Positions 46,701 to 53,742 of a stretch of DNA of 64,000 nt are shown here, piece by piece. Source of the stretch: Asterias rubens (taxonomy: Eukaryota); NCBI RefSeq assembly GCF_902459465.1, contig NC_047068.1, positions 10,478,001 to 10,542,000 of the forward strand, read 5' to 3'. A model generated the notes under the pieces. It ran no database searches. It had not been told where the DNA came from and saw only the letters and a list, made by a program, of their open reading frames with translations. Numbering within the stretch: the first letter of the stretch is position 1; the number at the start of each line of letters is the position of its first letter. The position numbers and the translations under genes are program-made.

Positions 46701-47232
46701 AATGTTTTATTATACAGCTACGGAAAATCTATTTCAATTTTGGGTTGAACAAGACTATTTGACCAGAGTATAAGATTTGAACCTGCGACCTCCGGATGAA
46801 TGTGTCAGTCGCAGGTTCGAATCCAGCTCTACTTAACTTTCCTTTGTTCAACCAAACCTTATCTAAAACTTGCCCAGTCAGTTTCCCTTATGGTTTATTA
46901 CAAAACTAGTAGATTTCCGTTATTCAGTTGTAGATTTTAAAAATATATTTTGCTGGCCTACTTTGTAGTTCATGCCTCTGATATTCGTCTGTTGTACATG
47001 TGTTTGTTCACGTCTACTTTTAAATTTGTTGGCTACAGTATGTCCTCCCGTTTTTATGGTCACATACAACAAAATTCATTCGTTTTAGATATTTCATGCA
47101 CACTGTGTTCTTTTTGGCACACTTTGTCTTGTCCCATCTTGTCCCACCTCAGCGTGTCTGTCCTGATCAAGGAAAAGATTACAAAAGAACGACTTACAAT
47201 TGCCCCCCGTCGTCTGCCCAAGGGAATGACAT
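7512..47232 (-). CDS. CCDC154: CCDC154-like coiled-coil protein, complete spliced CDS (~929-932 aa, 20 coding exon positions, two with alternative a/b versions)
   Basis: GT-AG exons join in frame from ATG (47232) to TAA (7512): 2790 nt using exons 5b and 18b. Segments such as NERLKMQGKIAEIAEEVSRKILSKEIRL, QLDARLGEVRDVL, DDWRDSADKKLKQIKERMDEL, KVESSIQTVRVHLGRKIDTETKAR and PAMFVKD...INRYSIYNAYWWLK are collinear with my recollection of human CCDC154 (EVARMQAQVTKLGEEVSLRFLKREAKL; ALDKRLVEVREAL; RPRVFIKD...NCWGVYQAVRWLRW). Orthology not tested by search. Confidence 0.8.
8121..8352 (-). CDS. CCDC154: CCDC154-like coding exon 19 (DDQQPSNSRRSSV...PAMFVKD...INRYSIYNAYW)
   Basis: ttctcccacag acceptor, gtaag donor, 232 nt. 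Confidence 0.9.
8646..8775 (-). CDS. CCDC154: CCDC154-like alternative exon 18b (IKKEIADIVSGGTGVGAAG...GSKSKQ)
   Basis: atgttttag acceptor, AAG/gttggt donor, 130 nt (phase 0 to 1). Confidence 0.75.
9934..11061. mobile_element. Larger TTAA-flanked Kolobok-type element
   Basis: Imperfect TIRs ttaaaggga(c/a)ggttt...ggta(g/a)tcactct at both ends; no ORF recognised. Confidence 0.5.
13348..13745 (-). mobile_element. tRNA-derived SINE with Deu domain and (ATT)n tail
   Basis: B-box-like GGTTCGAGTCC head; core GGATGGGACGTAAAGCCG...GCACGTAAAAAAGAACCCAGTGCACTTATCG..AGAGAAGGGGTTCGCCCCGGTGTTCCTGG resembles the DeuSINE/AmnSINE1 domain (from memory). Confidence 0.75.
14756..14891 (-). CDS. CCDC154: CCDC154-like alternative exon 18a (RREETQDMQGLFEELQSRLAPLL...DGGQGS); may instead read through to TGA at 14736 as an alternative last exon
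   Basis: ctaacccccag acceptor, CAG/gtagg donor, 136 nt (phase 0 to 1). Confidence 0.75.
15004..15505. mobile_element. TIR element rich in ACCAGT/ACTGGT motifs (host of the 15073-15286 insertion)
   Basis: accaggtgaaaattccagttgaaacc / ggtttcagctggattttttacctggt inverted ends. Confidence 0.55.
15073..15286. mobile_element. PIF/Harbinger-type MITE with CTG target duplication
   Basis: ctg|ggcctaagttcatagagc...ctctataaaatgggcc|ctg. Confidence 0.7.
16550..16636 (-). CDS. CCDC154: CCDC154-like coding exon 17 (LKEQIGKVESSIQTVRVHLGRKIDTETKA)
   Basis: ctcgttag acceptor, gtgag donor, 87 nt. Confidence 0.9.
16697..17100 (-). mobile_element. L2/CR1-clade LINE 3' fragment
   Basis: SAAPKLWNALP...SLRSFKAKLKTYLF is a typical ORF2 C-terminus; (ATT)n tail. 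Confidence 0.75.
17109..17444. mobile_element. Near-perfect 336-bp palindromic MITE (atagaccc...gggtctat)
   Basis: Arms pair over ~160 bp with few mismatches. Confidence 0.8.
18183..18203 (-). CDS. CCDC154: CCDC154-like 21-nt microexon 16 (QRKKFEE)
   Basis: ttatgcag acceptor, GAG/gtttgt donor; phase 0-0; continues the heptad-like sequence. Confidence 0.55.
18850..19072 (-). CDS. CCDC154: CCDC154-like coding exon 15 (IRDVQMVRQDLQVKYNQL...IDDMEETINK)
   Basis: ttttctttcag acceptor, gtacga donor, 223 nt. Confidence 0.9.
19961..20037 (-). CDS. CCDC154: CCDC154-like coding exon 14 (IREMNRTNESLQEDMKGIIDSESKDR)
   Basis: cctgcag acceptor, gtcagt donor, 77 nt (phase 0 to 2). Confidence 0.88.
20715..20834 (-). 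CDS. CCDC154: CCDC154-like coding exon 13 (AAKALLDTQGEKIEQIDDWRDSADKKLKQIKERMDELGPE)
   Basis: ttgtag acceptor, gtaag donor, 120 nt. Confidence 0.92.
21153..21438. mobile_element. MITE with ~33-bp perfect TIR (tagagttatatataagaactagagggcgcactgg)
   Basis: Exact inverted ends, TA at both boundaries. Confidence 0.8.
23958..24665. mobile_element. Two Kolobok-type MITEs head-to-tail sharing one TTAA (24336-24339)
   Basis: ...gtccactgccTTTAAAggcactggac...; both have TIR ends. Confidence 0.75.
25459..25485 (-). CDS. CCDC154: CCDC154-like 27-nt microexon 12 (AISDAMDDK)
   Basis: tcttttcttttgcag acceptor and AAG/gtaagt donor, both near consensus; phase 0-0. Confidence 0.7.
26083..26223 (-). CDS. CCDC154: CCDC154-like coding exon 11 (YQGKVQQMIEDQGQGGLRGLADLDARVMALQSKV...)
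   Basis: tctctag acceptor, gtaag donor, 141 nt. Confidence 0.9.
26973..27045 (-). mobile_element. tRNA-like SINE head
   Basis: A box TAGCTCAGTTGG and B box GGTTCAAATCC, but no acceptor stem. Confidence 0.6.
28094..28117 (-). CDS. CCDC154: Candidate optional 24-nt microexon (LKLKGNHG)
   Basis: ttttttcatattgattgatcag acceptor and GGG/gtgag donor; phase 0-0; not required for frame. Confidence 0.45.
28379..28414. repeat. (TATG)n microsatellite
   Basis: Direct reading. Confidence 0.85.
28420..28614. mobile_element. MITE with AT target duplication (ISL2EU-like signature)
   Basis: TIR atagaccaatccattaagctccgccc; splits gggccca-at-ttcatagagc of a Harbinger-type end. Confidence 0.7.
28645..29034. 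mobile_element. Palindromic Kolobok-type MITE (second family)
   Basis: TTAA|aggaacacgttgccttggatcggtcgagttggtctttgaaaagcg...|TTAA; degenerate relative near 11370-11730. Confidence 0.8.
29393..29519 (-). CDS. CCDC154: CCDC154-like coding exon 10 (QNQDKQIEDKIEDVQEKLGVAISTLQQAIGGINEQVSTATQQ)
   Basis: ttttcag acceptor, gtaag donor, 127 nt. Confidence 0.92.
29849..29973 (-). CDS. CCDC154: CCDC154-like coding exon 9 (LERHKNVGGMSKVNEYMDKLEK...EIKSR)
   Basis: tattag acceptor, gtaag donor, 125 nt. Confidence 0.9.
30299..30358. repeat. Three 23-bp units containing TACTCA-TT-TGAGTA
   Basis: Copies at 30299, 30322 and 30345. Confidence 0.8.
30370..30498 (-). CDS. CCDC154: CCDC154-like coding exon 8 (YLHAEQAARIAHEQAMREENEKRWSALQKL...)
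   Basis: tttcag acceptor, gtgag donor, 129 nt. Confidence 0.92.
30738..30955. mobile_element. Foldback element with internal 5x20-bp amplification
   Basis: ~63-bp inverted arms; aaaccaacggttcttttcag x5 at 30811-30910. Confidence 0.75.
31727..31952 (-). CDS. CCDC154: CCDC154-like coding exon 7 (LNDVQAQVHEQ...EEAQQKFGNIEK)
   Basis: tctcccag acceptor, gttagg donor, 226 nt; most conserved-looking block. Confidence 0.92.
31974..32326. mobile_element. Kolobok-type MITE (main family), just upstream of the exon 7 acceptor in transcript orientation
   Basis: aaggcactggac...ccaatagtttccaatgccttaa. Confidence 0.7.
32840..32935 (-). CDS. CCDC154: CCDC154-like coding exon 6 (LGEVRDVLMDLRNRVTTEETERRQQEQNFFLK)
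   Basis: tcttcag acceptor, gtaag donor, 96 nt. Confidence 0.9.
33836..34667. repeat. Degenerate ~40-bp purine-rich minisatellite (~21 units; gagagaayggttaggaagaaattgatgcaaggaaga)
   Basis: Periodic ggttaggaagaaatt core; strong strand asymmetry. Confidence 0.85.
34681..34763 (-). CDS. CCDC154: CCDC154-like alternative exon 5b (MDSQRKLHEQQHSAEQTTSLLRTQLDAR)
   Basis: Weak ctgctaag acceptor, gtaac donor, 83 nt (phase 0 to 2). Confidence 0.75.
36484..36820. repeat. Diverged ~187-bp tandem duplication
   Basis: ...ctacc(c/t)atgattggaaaagataaaa..gacaacggtaatgt(t/c)gagttgcaggct occurs twice. Confidence 0.75.
38541..38805 (+). mobile_element. 5'-truncated Deu-domain SINE
   Basis: Roughly 80% identical by eye to the reverse complement of 13370-13625; (ATT)n tail. 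Confidence 0.75.
38890..38975 (-). CDS. CCDC154: CCDC154-like alternative exon 5a (IARYRLQNTDQEIITEKNLTQLRLQMSAR)
   Basis: Strong pyrimidine tract plus cccacag acceptor, gtacag donor, 86 nt (phase 0 to 2), same phases as 5b. Confidence 0.65.
41458..41597. mobile_element. Small foldback MITE with CTCF-like motif in both arms
   Basis: gactttggaacacttgatggcagcagacttacc / ggtaagtctgctgccacctagtgtctcaaaagtc; related arms at 31601-31640 and 35141-35176. Confidence 0.7.
41646..41838 (-). CDS. CCDC154: CCDC154-like coding exon 4 (IAELRNDLDEANRLREQL...LEEDNRTL)
   Basis: tgtag acceptor, gtagg donor, 193 nt (phase 2 to 0). Confidence 0.9.
42108..42366 (-). CDS. CCDC154: CCDC154-like coding exon 3 (ELKQSHNRTEEAIQGERQ...RRDQQLSK)
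   Basis: tgcag acceptor, gttagt donor, 259 nt, coiled-coil composition. Confidence 0.9.
42419..42640. mobile_element. Dispersed foldback repeat (agatgttaaatttgcatc.../acccatacaccgatgtgtg family)
   Basis: Related pieces at ~50-120, 27870-27950, 33795-33838 and 37705-37790. Confidence 0.55.
43502..43743 (-). CDS. CCDC154: CCDC154-like coding exon 2 (PFNKYGQAPL...RLRQVEDRLNMSEQSSRALLEEVVRLRG)
   Basis: ctaaatgcag acceptor, gtgag donor, open frame, 242 nt (phase 2 to 1). Confidence 0.85.
44039..44227. mobile_element. MITE with atagaccgtattgaata TIR
   Basis: Inverted ends atagaccgtattgaata / tattcaatacggtctat. Confidence 0.65.
44430..45309 (+). mobile_element. CR1/L2-clade LINE 3' fragment, degenerate ORF2
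   Basis: PVWCP....QKTLEKVQRRFTR and RFPRLWDELA...SLSSFTNSL motifs in broken frames; aataaa plus (TGAAA)n tail. Confidence 0.75.
45738..46066. mobile_element. Palindromic Kolobok-type MITE (third family)
   Basis: Long inverted arms (aatgtccacagatttacactaaac...); partial copies near 29660-29800, 42880-43030 and 57720-57870. Confidence 0.75.
47198..47232 (-). CDS. CCDC154: CCDC154-like coding exon 1 (MSFPWADDGGQF)
   Basis: Acceptor ttgtttgtag at 47236, ATG at 47232, donor gtaagt; ends in phase 2, matching exon 2. Confidence 0.75.
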
Positions 47233-47510
47233 CAGCTACAAACAATGAGAAGACATGAAACCTCATGCAGTTAACGTGGGTGATGCTCAACTGTTAAACT
47301 GTAAAATGAAAGAGAAGACAACAAAAAAATTGTTTTTTTAGAAACAATTGTCGTTTTGATTTAAAGAAGGAAGCAAAGCCCCTTTCACAGCTAATTCCTA
47401 TTCGGAAATAAAATTCAAGGGGAATTCCTGGGGAATTTCAACCCAACTGCTACCTGATCTGTGCTTCACACTTGGCGACTACTCACCCTGAGGTTATGGA
47501 CTGCATCCCA

Positions 47511-47885
47511 AGCCCAGGGGTAGCAGTTAGCCCTGTGATAGCCATGGGGTAGCAGCTAGCCCTGGGGTAGCCCAGGGGTAGCAGTTAGCCCTGTGGTAGC
47601 CCAGGGGTAGCAATTAGCCCTGGGGTAGCCCAGGGGTAGCAGTTAGCCCTGGGGTAGCCCAGGGGTAGCAGTTAGCCCTGTGATAGCCCAGGGGTAGCAG
47701 CTAGCCCTGGAAAAGCCCAGGGGTAGCAGTTAGCCCTGTGGTAGCCCAGGGGTAGCAATTAGCCCTGGGGTAGCCCAGGGGTAGCAGTTAGCACTGGGGT
47801 AGCCCAGGGGTAGCAGTCAGCCCGGGGTAGCCAAGGGGGTAGCAGTTATAGCCCTGGGCTAGCCCAGTGGTAGCAAATAACCCTT
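47511..47885. repeat. 29-bp GC-rich minisatellite (agcccaggggtagcagttagccctggggt, ~12-13 copies)
   Basis: Tandem units without spacers; internal cccaggg/ccctggg inverted halves. Confidence 0.9.
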
Positions 47886-48304
47886 GGGTAAAGAAGGAGA
47901 TTGCCTCATTGCCTCCTGGCCATTGCCTTGGTGCCCCTTGATGATCCAGAAGAAAATTACAATTTCCTCATATACATTTAGGGTATATTTTAGGAACAAA
48001 TCCTTGGTGCCCTTGCCCTTTCACAAACAAAGCATACATGTACTGGCCTGAAAACCTCTCATTCTGCAATGCACCATGGAGTTATGTGCATCTTTCAGCA
48101 ATTTATCCACGCTACCATCAAGCTGTATTGACCTTAGAAATATTGGACACGTAATTAGGGACACTGTGACCACACAGTTATGGTCTTACAAAATTAAATT
48201 TCCTTGTTCAACATTTCTAAAAATAGTTTTCCATGAACCAAGCATTAATACGCAACCAATTTTGTTTACAGTTTTCCTTAAAGATCAACTTGAACGACAT
48301 ATTG

Positions 48305-48691
48305 TTAAAGGCACTGGACACTATTAGTAATTAAATTACTCAAAAACAATTTTAGCATAAAAACTTATTTGGAAACGATTAATGGAGAGCTGTTGATAGT
48401 ATAAAACATGTGAGAAAAGACTCCAGGTCTGAAGTAACATTAGTGTTTTAGAAAGAGGTAATTTCTCACTCAAATTTGAAAAGACTTCAGGCCTGAAGCC
48501 TTTTCTAGGTATCTGAAAGCACTCAAATTTGTGCAACAAGGGTGTTTTTTCTTTCATTATTTTCATGCAACTTGGATTGCCCAGTTGAGTTAAAATTTTC
48601 ACAGATTTGTTACTTTATGCAAACTATGTTCGGATAAGTCAAGTGAAAATACTGGTCTTTGACAATTACCAAAGGTGTCCAGTGCCTTTAA
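48305..48691. mobile_element. Kolobok-type MITE, TTAA-flanked
   Basis: ttaaaggcactggacac...gtgtccagtgcctttaa. Confidence 0.8.
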
Positions 48692-49020
48692 AAAAAAAGG
48701 TAAAGGAGCGTTTATGATTACATAAAGTAACACTTAAAAAAAGTGAGATTTTTTTGTAAAAGAAATCTAAAAAAAATTAATTAGTGCCACGCTTGGCAAA
48801 AATGAAGATGAGTTGTTACTTTATGCTAACTATGTTCAGATAAGTCAAGTGAGAACACTGGTCTTTGACAATTACCAAAGGTGTCCAGTGCCTTTAAAAA
48901 AAAGGTAAAGGAGTATTTCATGATTACATTTAAAAGTAAAACTTAATAAAAGTGAGATTTTTTTGTAAAAGAAATTTAAAAAAATAATCAGTGCCACGCT
49001 TGGGAAAAAATGATGAGTTT
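48609..49020. repeat. ~205-bp tandem duplication spanning a MITE end plus flank
   Basis: Both copies contain gtccagtgcctttaaaaaaaaggtaaaggag...gtgccacgcttgg. Confidence 0.8.
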
Positions 49021-49080
49021 CACACAAAAAACACTGAGCCCCTGGGAATTAAAACAGCACTGTGATGTCACACTACGTAC

Positions 49081-49260
49081 TCGATCCAAACAAGACAATG
49101 GAAAATGCACAGCAACGTTGATAAACAATCTTCATCCAGTCCGCGTTGTGAGGTATTTTACTTGAGAACACGGATTGGCTTTACGCTGGTTTTCTGAGGA
49201 ACTCATCATGTCGGTTTTAAGGCCGTTGTCCAGTCTGTTCTAGCTCAGAACTTGTACTTA
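49081..49260 (-). other. Candidate alternative 5' UTR exon of the CCDC154-like gene
   Basis: CGA/gtacgt donor at 49081; unique CpG-containing block; not in frame with the CDS. Confidence 0.35.
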
Positions 49261-50211
49261 TAGTTGATTTCGCTTTTACTTTCTACGGGTATTTGCTACG
49301 GACCATGCAGGGCCCTGCCAATGGCAGGAAAAAAGACCAACTCAAATAATGAAGGGGGGGGGGACTAGGTTTTTTAAGCAAATGTCAACAAGTGTACAGG
49401 AAGGAAAACTTGTAACATGTACATGTTTGACCCAAAAACAGCGACATGAACGGCAGTCAAGTTTAAGAGTACTTTCGTTCAAGGTAATATTTATTATTTC
49501 ATACGACCTTCAAATCACTTAATATTGAACTGGTAATGGACTTAACATGACTATACACAAATAAGGTATAATATTTTAGTAAACCAGGGTCATCATTCGG
49601 CACTTAAGTTGTGTCCATGGCCACCCCATCCTCAGGGCCAAACAGGGCTGCTTAACAGCTGATTTTGTGCTTATTGCAATTTCCATTTCTAGACAGGACC
49701 GTAAGCACAAAAAAAGGCATACTAACCTGCTGGTGCTTACTGTACTAAAATGAATTACATACAATACATGGTGGACACCAAGCCGGCCACCATGCTTTCG
49801 TTCTAACCTTTGAAATATATGCTTATAAATGCTTAGAGGCAATGACATGAAAATGTGCTTACCGTTAAGCAGCGCTATGACTTTGGTCCCAAGTTGAAAT
49901 TAGTGTGCATTCCATTGGGCGCCACCGTCACTGTCTTAGTTATAGCGACATGTAAATGGAGTCAACTGACCGCACAATTAAGGTCCAGCAAATACAAATT
50001 TCCTCCGTGGTGTAATCAGCCAAACAACTCAGTTAATGAAGCATAATAAACCCAACCAAGCATGCAATCACCTTTCATCATTAATGCAATTACTTTAATG
50101 TATAAATCCACATAATATTTTCAATTGTCTCTACCCACATGCCGTCGGCAGCATTGTCAGCAAAAATACGATACGCATCATCAACCACAAACTATAAAAT
50201 TCCTTTTTTTT

Positions 50212-50497
50212 TTAAAGGCACTGGACACTATTGGCAATTACTCAAAATATTTATTAGCATAAAAACTTACTTGTTAACGAGCATTGGACAGCTGTTGATA
50301 TTATAAAACATTGTGAGAAACGGCTCACTCTGAAGTAACGTAGTTTCTGAGAAAGAAGTAATTTCTCACTAAATAATTTGAATTATTCTCTCGCAACTTT
50401 GCGACCAATTGAGTTCAAATTTTTCACAGGTCTGTTATGTTAGTGCTTTAGTTAAGACTGGTTTTTGACAATTACCAAAGGTGTTCAGTGCCTTTAA
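50212..50497. mobile_element. Kolobok-type MITE, TTAA-flanked
   Basis: Same TIRs as the main family. Confidence 0.78.
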
Positions 50498-51148
50498 TCA
50501 CTAGATGCTGAGAGCATGGTGTGACACGCTTCAGTGCCCCCTAAGGCCAGTCCAAGCTATCATCCATTCAGTCGTTAACACAAACGCCACAACATCCAAC
50601 GTGTTGTCCTGAAATAACTCTGGATCAATATCTTGCGGGAAATGTGACACATGCATGCACATGTTCTCTGTGTATAGATCCTAAATCTACATCCACTTGT
50701 TTGCAAAGTCTCCAATTTAAAAGAGGAACAGTACACAAATTGATTTTTGTAAGAAATGGGCATTCATTAAAACCGTCTCCATTTATAATTTTTGTTTAAG
50801 TCAACACAACAACAATTCGGAGAGCCCCTCATCTCCAGTAAGATGAAAGAGAGATGCATTTTAACTCTACTGTACAGCTTCAAGCAGGAAAATTTCACTA
50901 CGTATCCATTGAGTTTTTTTAAAGCAAAAAGTGAAGACTTTTCTTTTTAATCTTGCTTTTATGTAAATTGTGCTTTTATGTAGATTTTTCCAGTATGTAA
51001 TTTGTCAGTACTTTTTATCAAATGTTTTAAATAGGCTACTTCTTGTTGTAATGCGCGATTAATATTTTTTGTGGAAATCATGCAATATAAATCTCTAAAT
51101 TACTTATTATGTAGTACATGTAGTAGTCTTCATTTTTATGTCTACTAG

Positions 51149-51325
51149 GCACAGGCATGCTTCGTTTTTGAAAGGGCAAGGGCACCAAGGCATTTTCTCC
51201 TTGGTAAAAGGCACCCTAAATGGAGAAATTGTAAAATTCTACTGAAGAATTTCAAGGGCACAAATACAATGAACAGTGGGCATGAAGGCAATCGCCTTAA
51301 TTGCCTCCATTAAGTATCAGGCCTT
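51149..51325. mobile_element. Dispersed ~175-bp MITE-like repeat (caggc...gggcaagggcacc...caggcc)
   Basis: Related copies near 33190-33320, 47895-48050 and 60170-60265. Confidence 0.5.
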
Positions 51326-51359
51326 TAACTACAATGTACGTACACTTCCCTAGAGGTGT

Positions 51360-51650
51360 ATGAGTGTAGTGGCTGAGTGGACGAGTACTGCATTTGACTC
51401 GAGTTGTGATGGATGGATCATCAAGTGTGGATTTGAGTCCCGGTCATGACACTTGTGTATCATTGTGAACCTGTGAGGGCTGAGACTGTACTTTGTTGGA
51501 TTAACACCCTCGGCACTAATTTAAACAGCTTGAGGTTGTATGCTCCCCAGGGAGTTGAGAAAGTTTTAGTATTCCTGATGAACAGGAATACTAATGTTGT
51601 AACACGCCTTGATCTACGTAGCTATGCTAGGATGTGCTATAATAACCGAG
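51360..51650 (+). mobile_element. Degenerate tRNA-derived SINE
   Basis: gtggctgagtgg A-box-like and ggatttgagtccc B-box-like head followed by catgacacttgtgt; similar heads at ~17565 (+), 62960-63075 (-) and 120-180 (-). Confidence 0.5.
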
Positions 51651-52054
51651 TAGTTAAAAACTGGTGCGCATTAAATGACTCAATCTTTAAGATTTGAAAT
51701 GCTTCTAGATCTTTCAAGCTACTAATTTGAACAAATTCTTGTCACTGCTTTATCCTACATGTAAAATGTAAGTAGGTGGTCGCAATTGTTCATTTACAAG
51801 CGGATCATCTATATTACAGAAACCAAAAGACACCCCAAGGCTCACCCTTTACACTAGCATGGAGTACATGCAGATCTTCCAGGAAACACTAACTGCTTTA
51901 GGCCTTGAATTCTATCTTCAAGAGGACAAGGCTATTTTCACTTTAGTCTTAAGAGTTTATGGGAATCTTCTGAAAGGGCAACAAGGCTAAGAGCGGGGCA
52001 ACGGAGGGCACCGATGGTGAATAATTCCAGATGCAGCTTCACATACACTTTTCT

Positions 52055-52286
52055 ACAGACGAGTTTAACAATTAGCGGTAGATTCAGTAGAACTTGTAAA
52101 AAAAAAATGATGCAGGGCCTTAATTAAATGCATGATTGAAATTACAATGCTCGACCCACTGAGTTTTACAATTAGCAACAGACGAGTTTAACAATTAGCG
52201 GTAGATTCAGTAGAACTTGTAAAAAAAAATTATGCAGGGCCTTAATTAAATGCATGATTGAAATTACAATGCTCAACCCACTGAGT
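52055..52286. repeat. Recent ~123-bp tandem duplication
   Basis: Two nearly identical acagacgagtttaacaattagcgg...acccactgagt copies. Confidence 0.85.
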
Positions 52287-53633
52287 AATGGATTTATTGA
52301 TGTACCGAACACACATTGTAGGCTCACCACACATTTTTTTTTATATCGTTCTTTTATGCTTGCACTATCAGGGTGGTAAGAATTGCTCAACAATATGCTC
52401 TGGTTGTCATGGGGATGAGACAATATCGCCAGATAGAAAGTGATTGTAATTTTACAAATTCAAGGCTGGTGGGTAATTGACCATTTGATTTGATTTGGGT
52501 AGTTACTTACTAGTTAGTATTGAGCTATGGATAAAAGGTATTATATAGGATCGATATTAGGATAATAGACATTGTTGTTTATTTTTTGTCTGAATCTTAC
52601 TGATTGTTTTAAAGGTGAATGTACGGGAAAGTGTAGATTCATAGTCAAATATACTTGTAAGCCGAAAGCGAGTACATTGCTGTCACGAATATATTACACT
52701 TAAGAGTTTATTCTCTGAGCTATTCAACTATTTCCCACAATCTTTGTACTTTGTCAATTTTTTTCGTTGAAAAATTGATTTTAAGCATAGTGCCTTCATG
52801 ATGTACATTATTGGGTACAATGTTTTGTTTTAACATTGTTTTTACTAAAGTAAACTGTTAAAACTGAAGAAAAAAAATTAAAAAATGAAATATATATGTT
52901 TTCAGCTGAGTTTTTCACATCATGTTATTTTTGAAAAGACAGTTATTTTCAAGTTGAAGTATCACTTAAGTTTGTACACTCAACCCCCTGTAGATTAGTA
53001 ATGACACAGTTGAGTGTACACAGATTCCTAATCTACAGTTAAGTGTTGATTCGTAAAAAGAAAGGCAAAAATGTGCACTTTCATCAATAAAGTGACGTCA
53101 CAGAAATAGTTTCAAAATTGAGAGCCTTTTTTTCGATTTAGCATGAGTAACTCATCCTAACTTCAGGATGGGTTCAATGCGTCTTATGTCTATGAATACA
53201 CTATACAGGTCTACTTAACTCGTCCTAAGTCCTAAGATTAATCCTAAGTTAGGAAGAGTTTAATTAAATCGACGACAGTGCTTTTACTTTGTCAACCTCT
53301 TGAGCGCAATGCACAGGACTCAGTAGGCCTACTATTAATGCACAAGCCAGCGAATCTCATGACACACGCAATCTGTCATCGGAGTCAACGAAATATTGTG
53401 AAGTAAAACGTTGTTGTTTTTTTAGATGTGGGAGGAAAACCTCTGAAAATTATTCCAGGGAAAACCCAAACAGTCAAGTAGGGACTGAAAACCCAATCCA
53501 CATAGTGCTGCGGTGGGATTCAAACCGGAACACAGAGGTGGAAGGCGAGGCAAGACACTTACACACCAACCTGACCGGTTATAGGAGTAGGACAAACGAC
53601 ACCGTCTGCATATCAATATGGTGACAACAATCA

Positions 53634-53742
53634 TACTCCTAGAACTATGTCGGTTTCGTTCCGCTATCGTCTCGAAACCGGAACGAAATCAAAATATTTA
53701 CAGGAGACGATAGCGGAACGAAACCGAAATAGTTCTAGGAGT
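53634..53742. mobile_element. Hairpin MITE (tactcctagaacta...tagttctaggagta), plus degenerate copies to ~53920
   Basis: ~40-bp arms with one mismatch; TA at both ends. Confidence 0.7.

Noticed and set aside
47511-47885. CRISPR-like array (29-bp partly palindromic repeats)
   Set aside because: Units are contiguous with no unique spacers, there are no cas genes, and the context is a eukaryotic intron
49100-49210. C/D box snoRNA (ATGATGA on the minus strand)
   Set aside because: No downstream CTGA D box or terminal stem at a suitable distance
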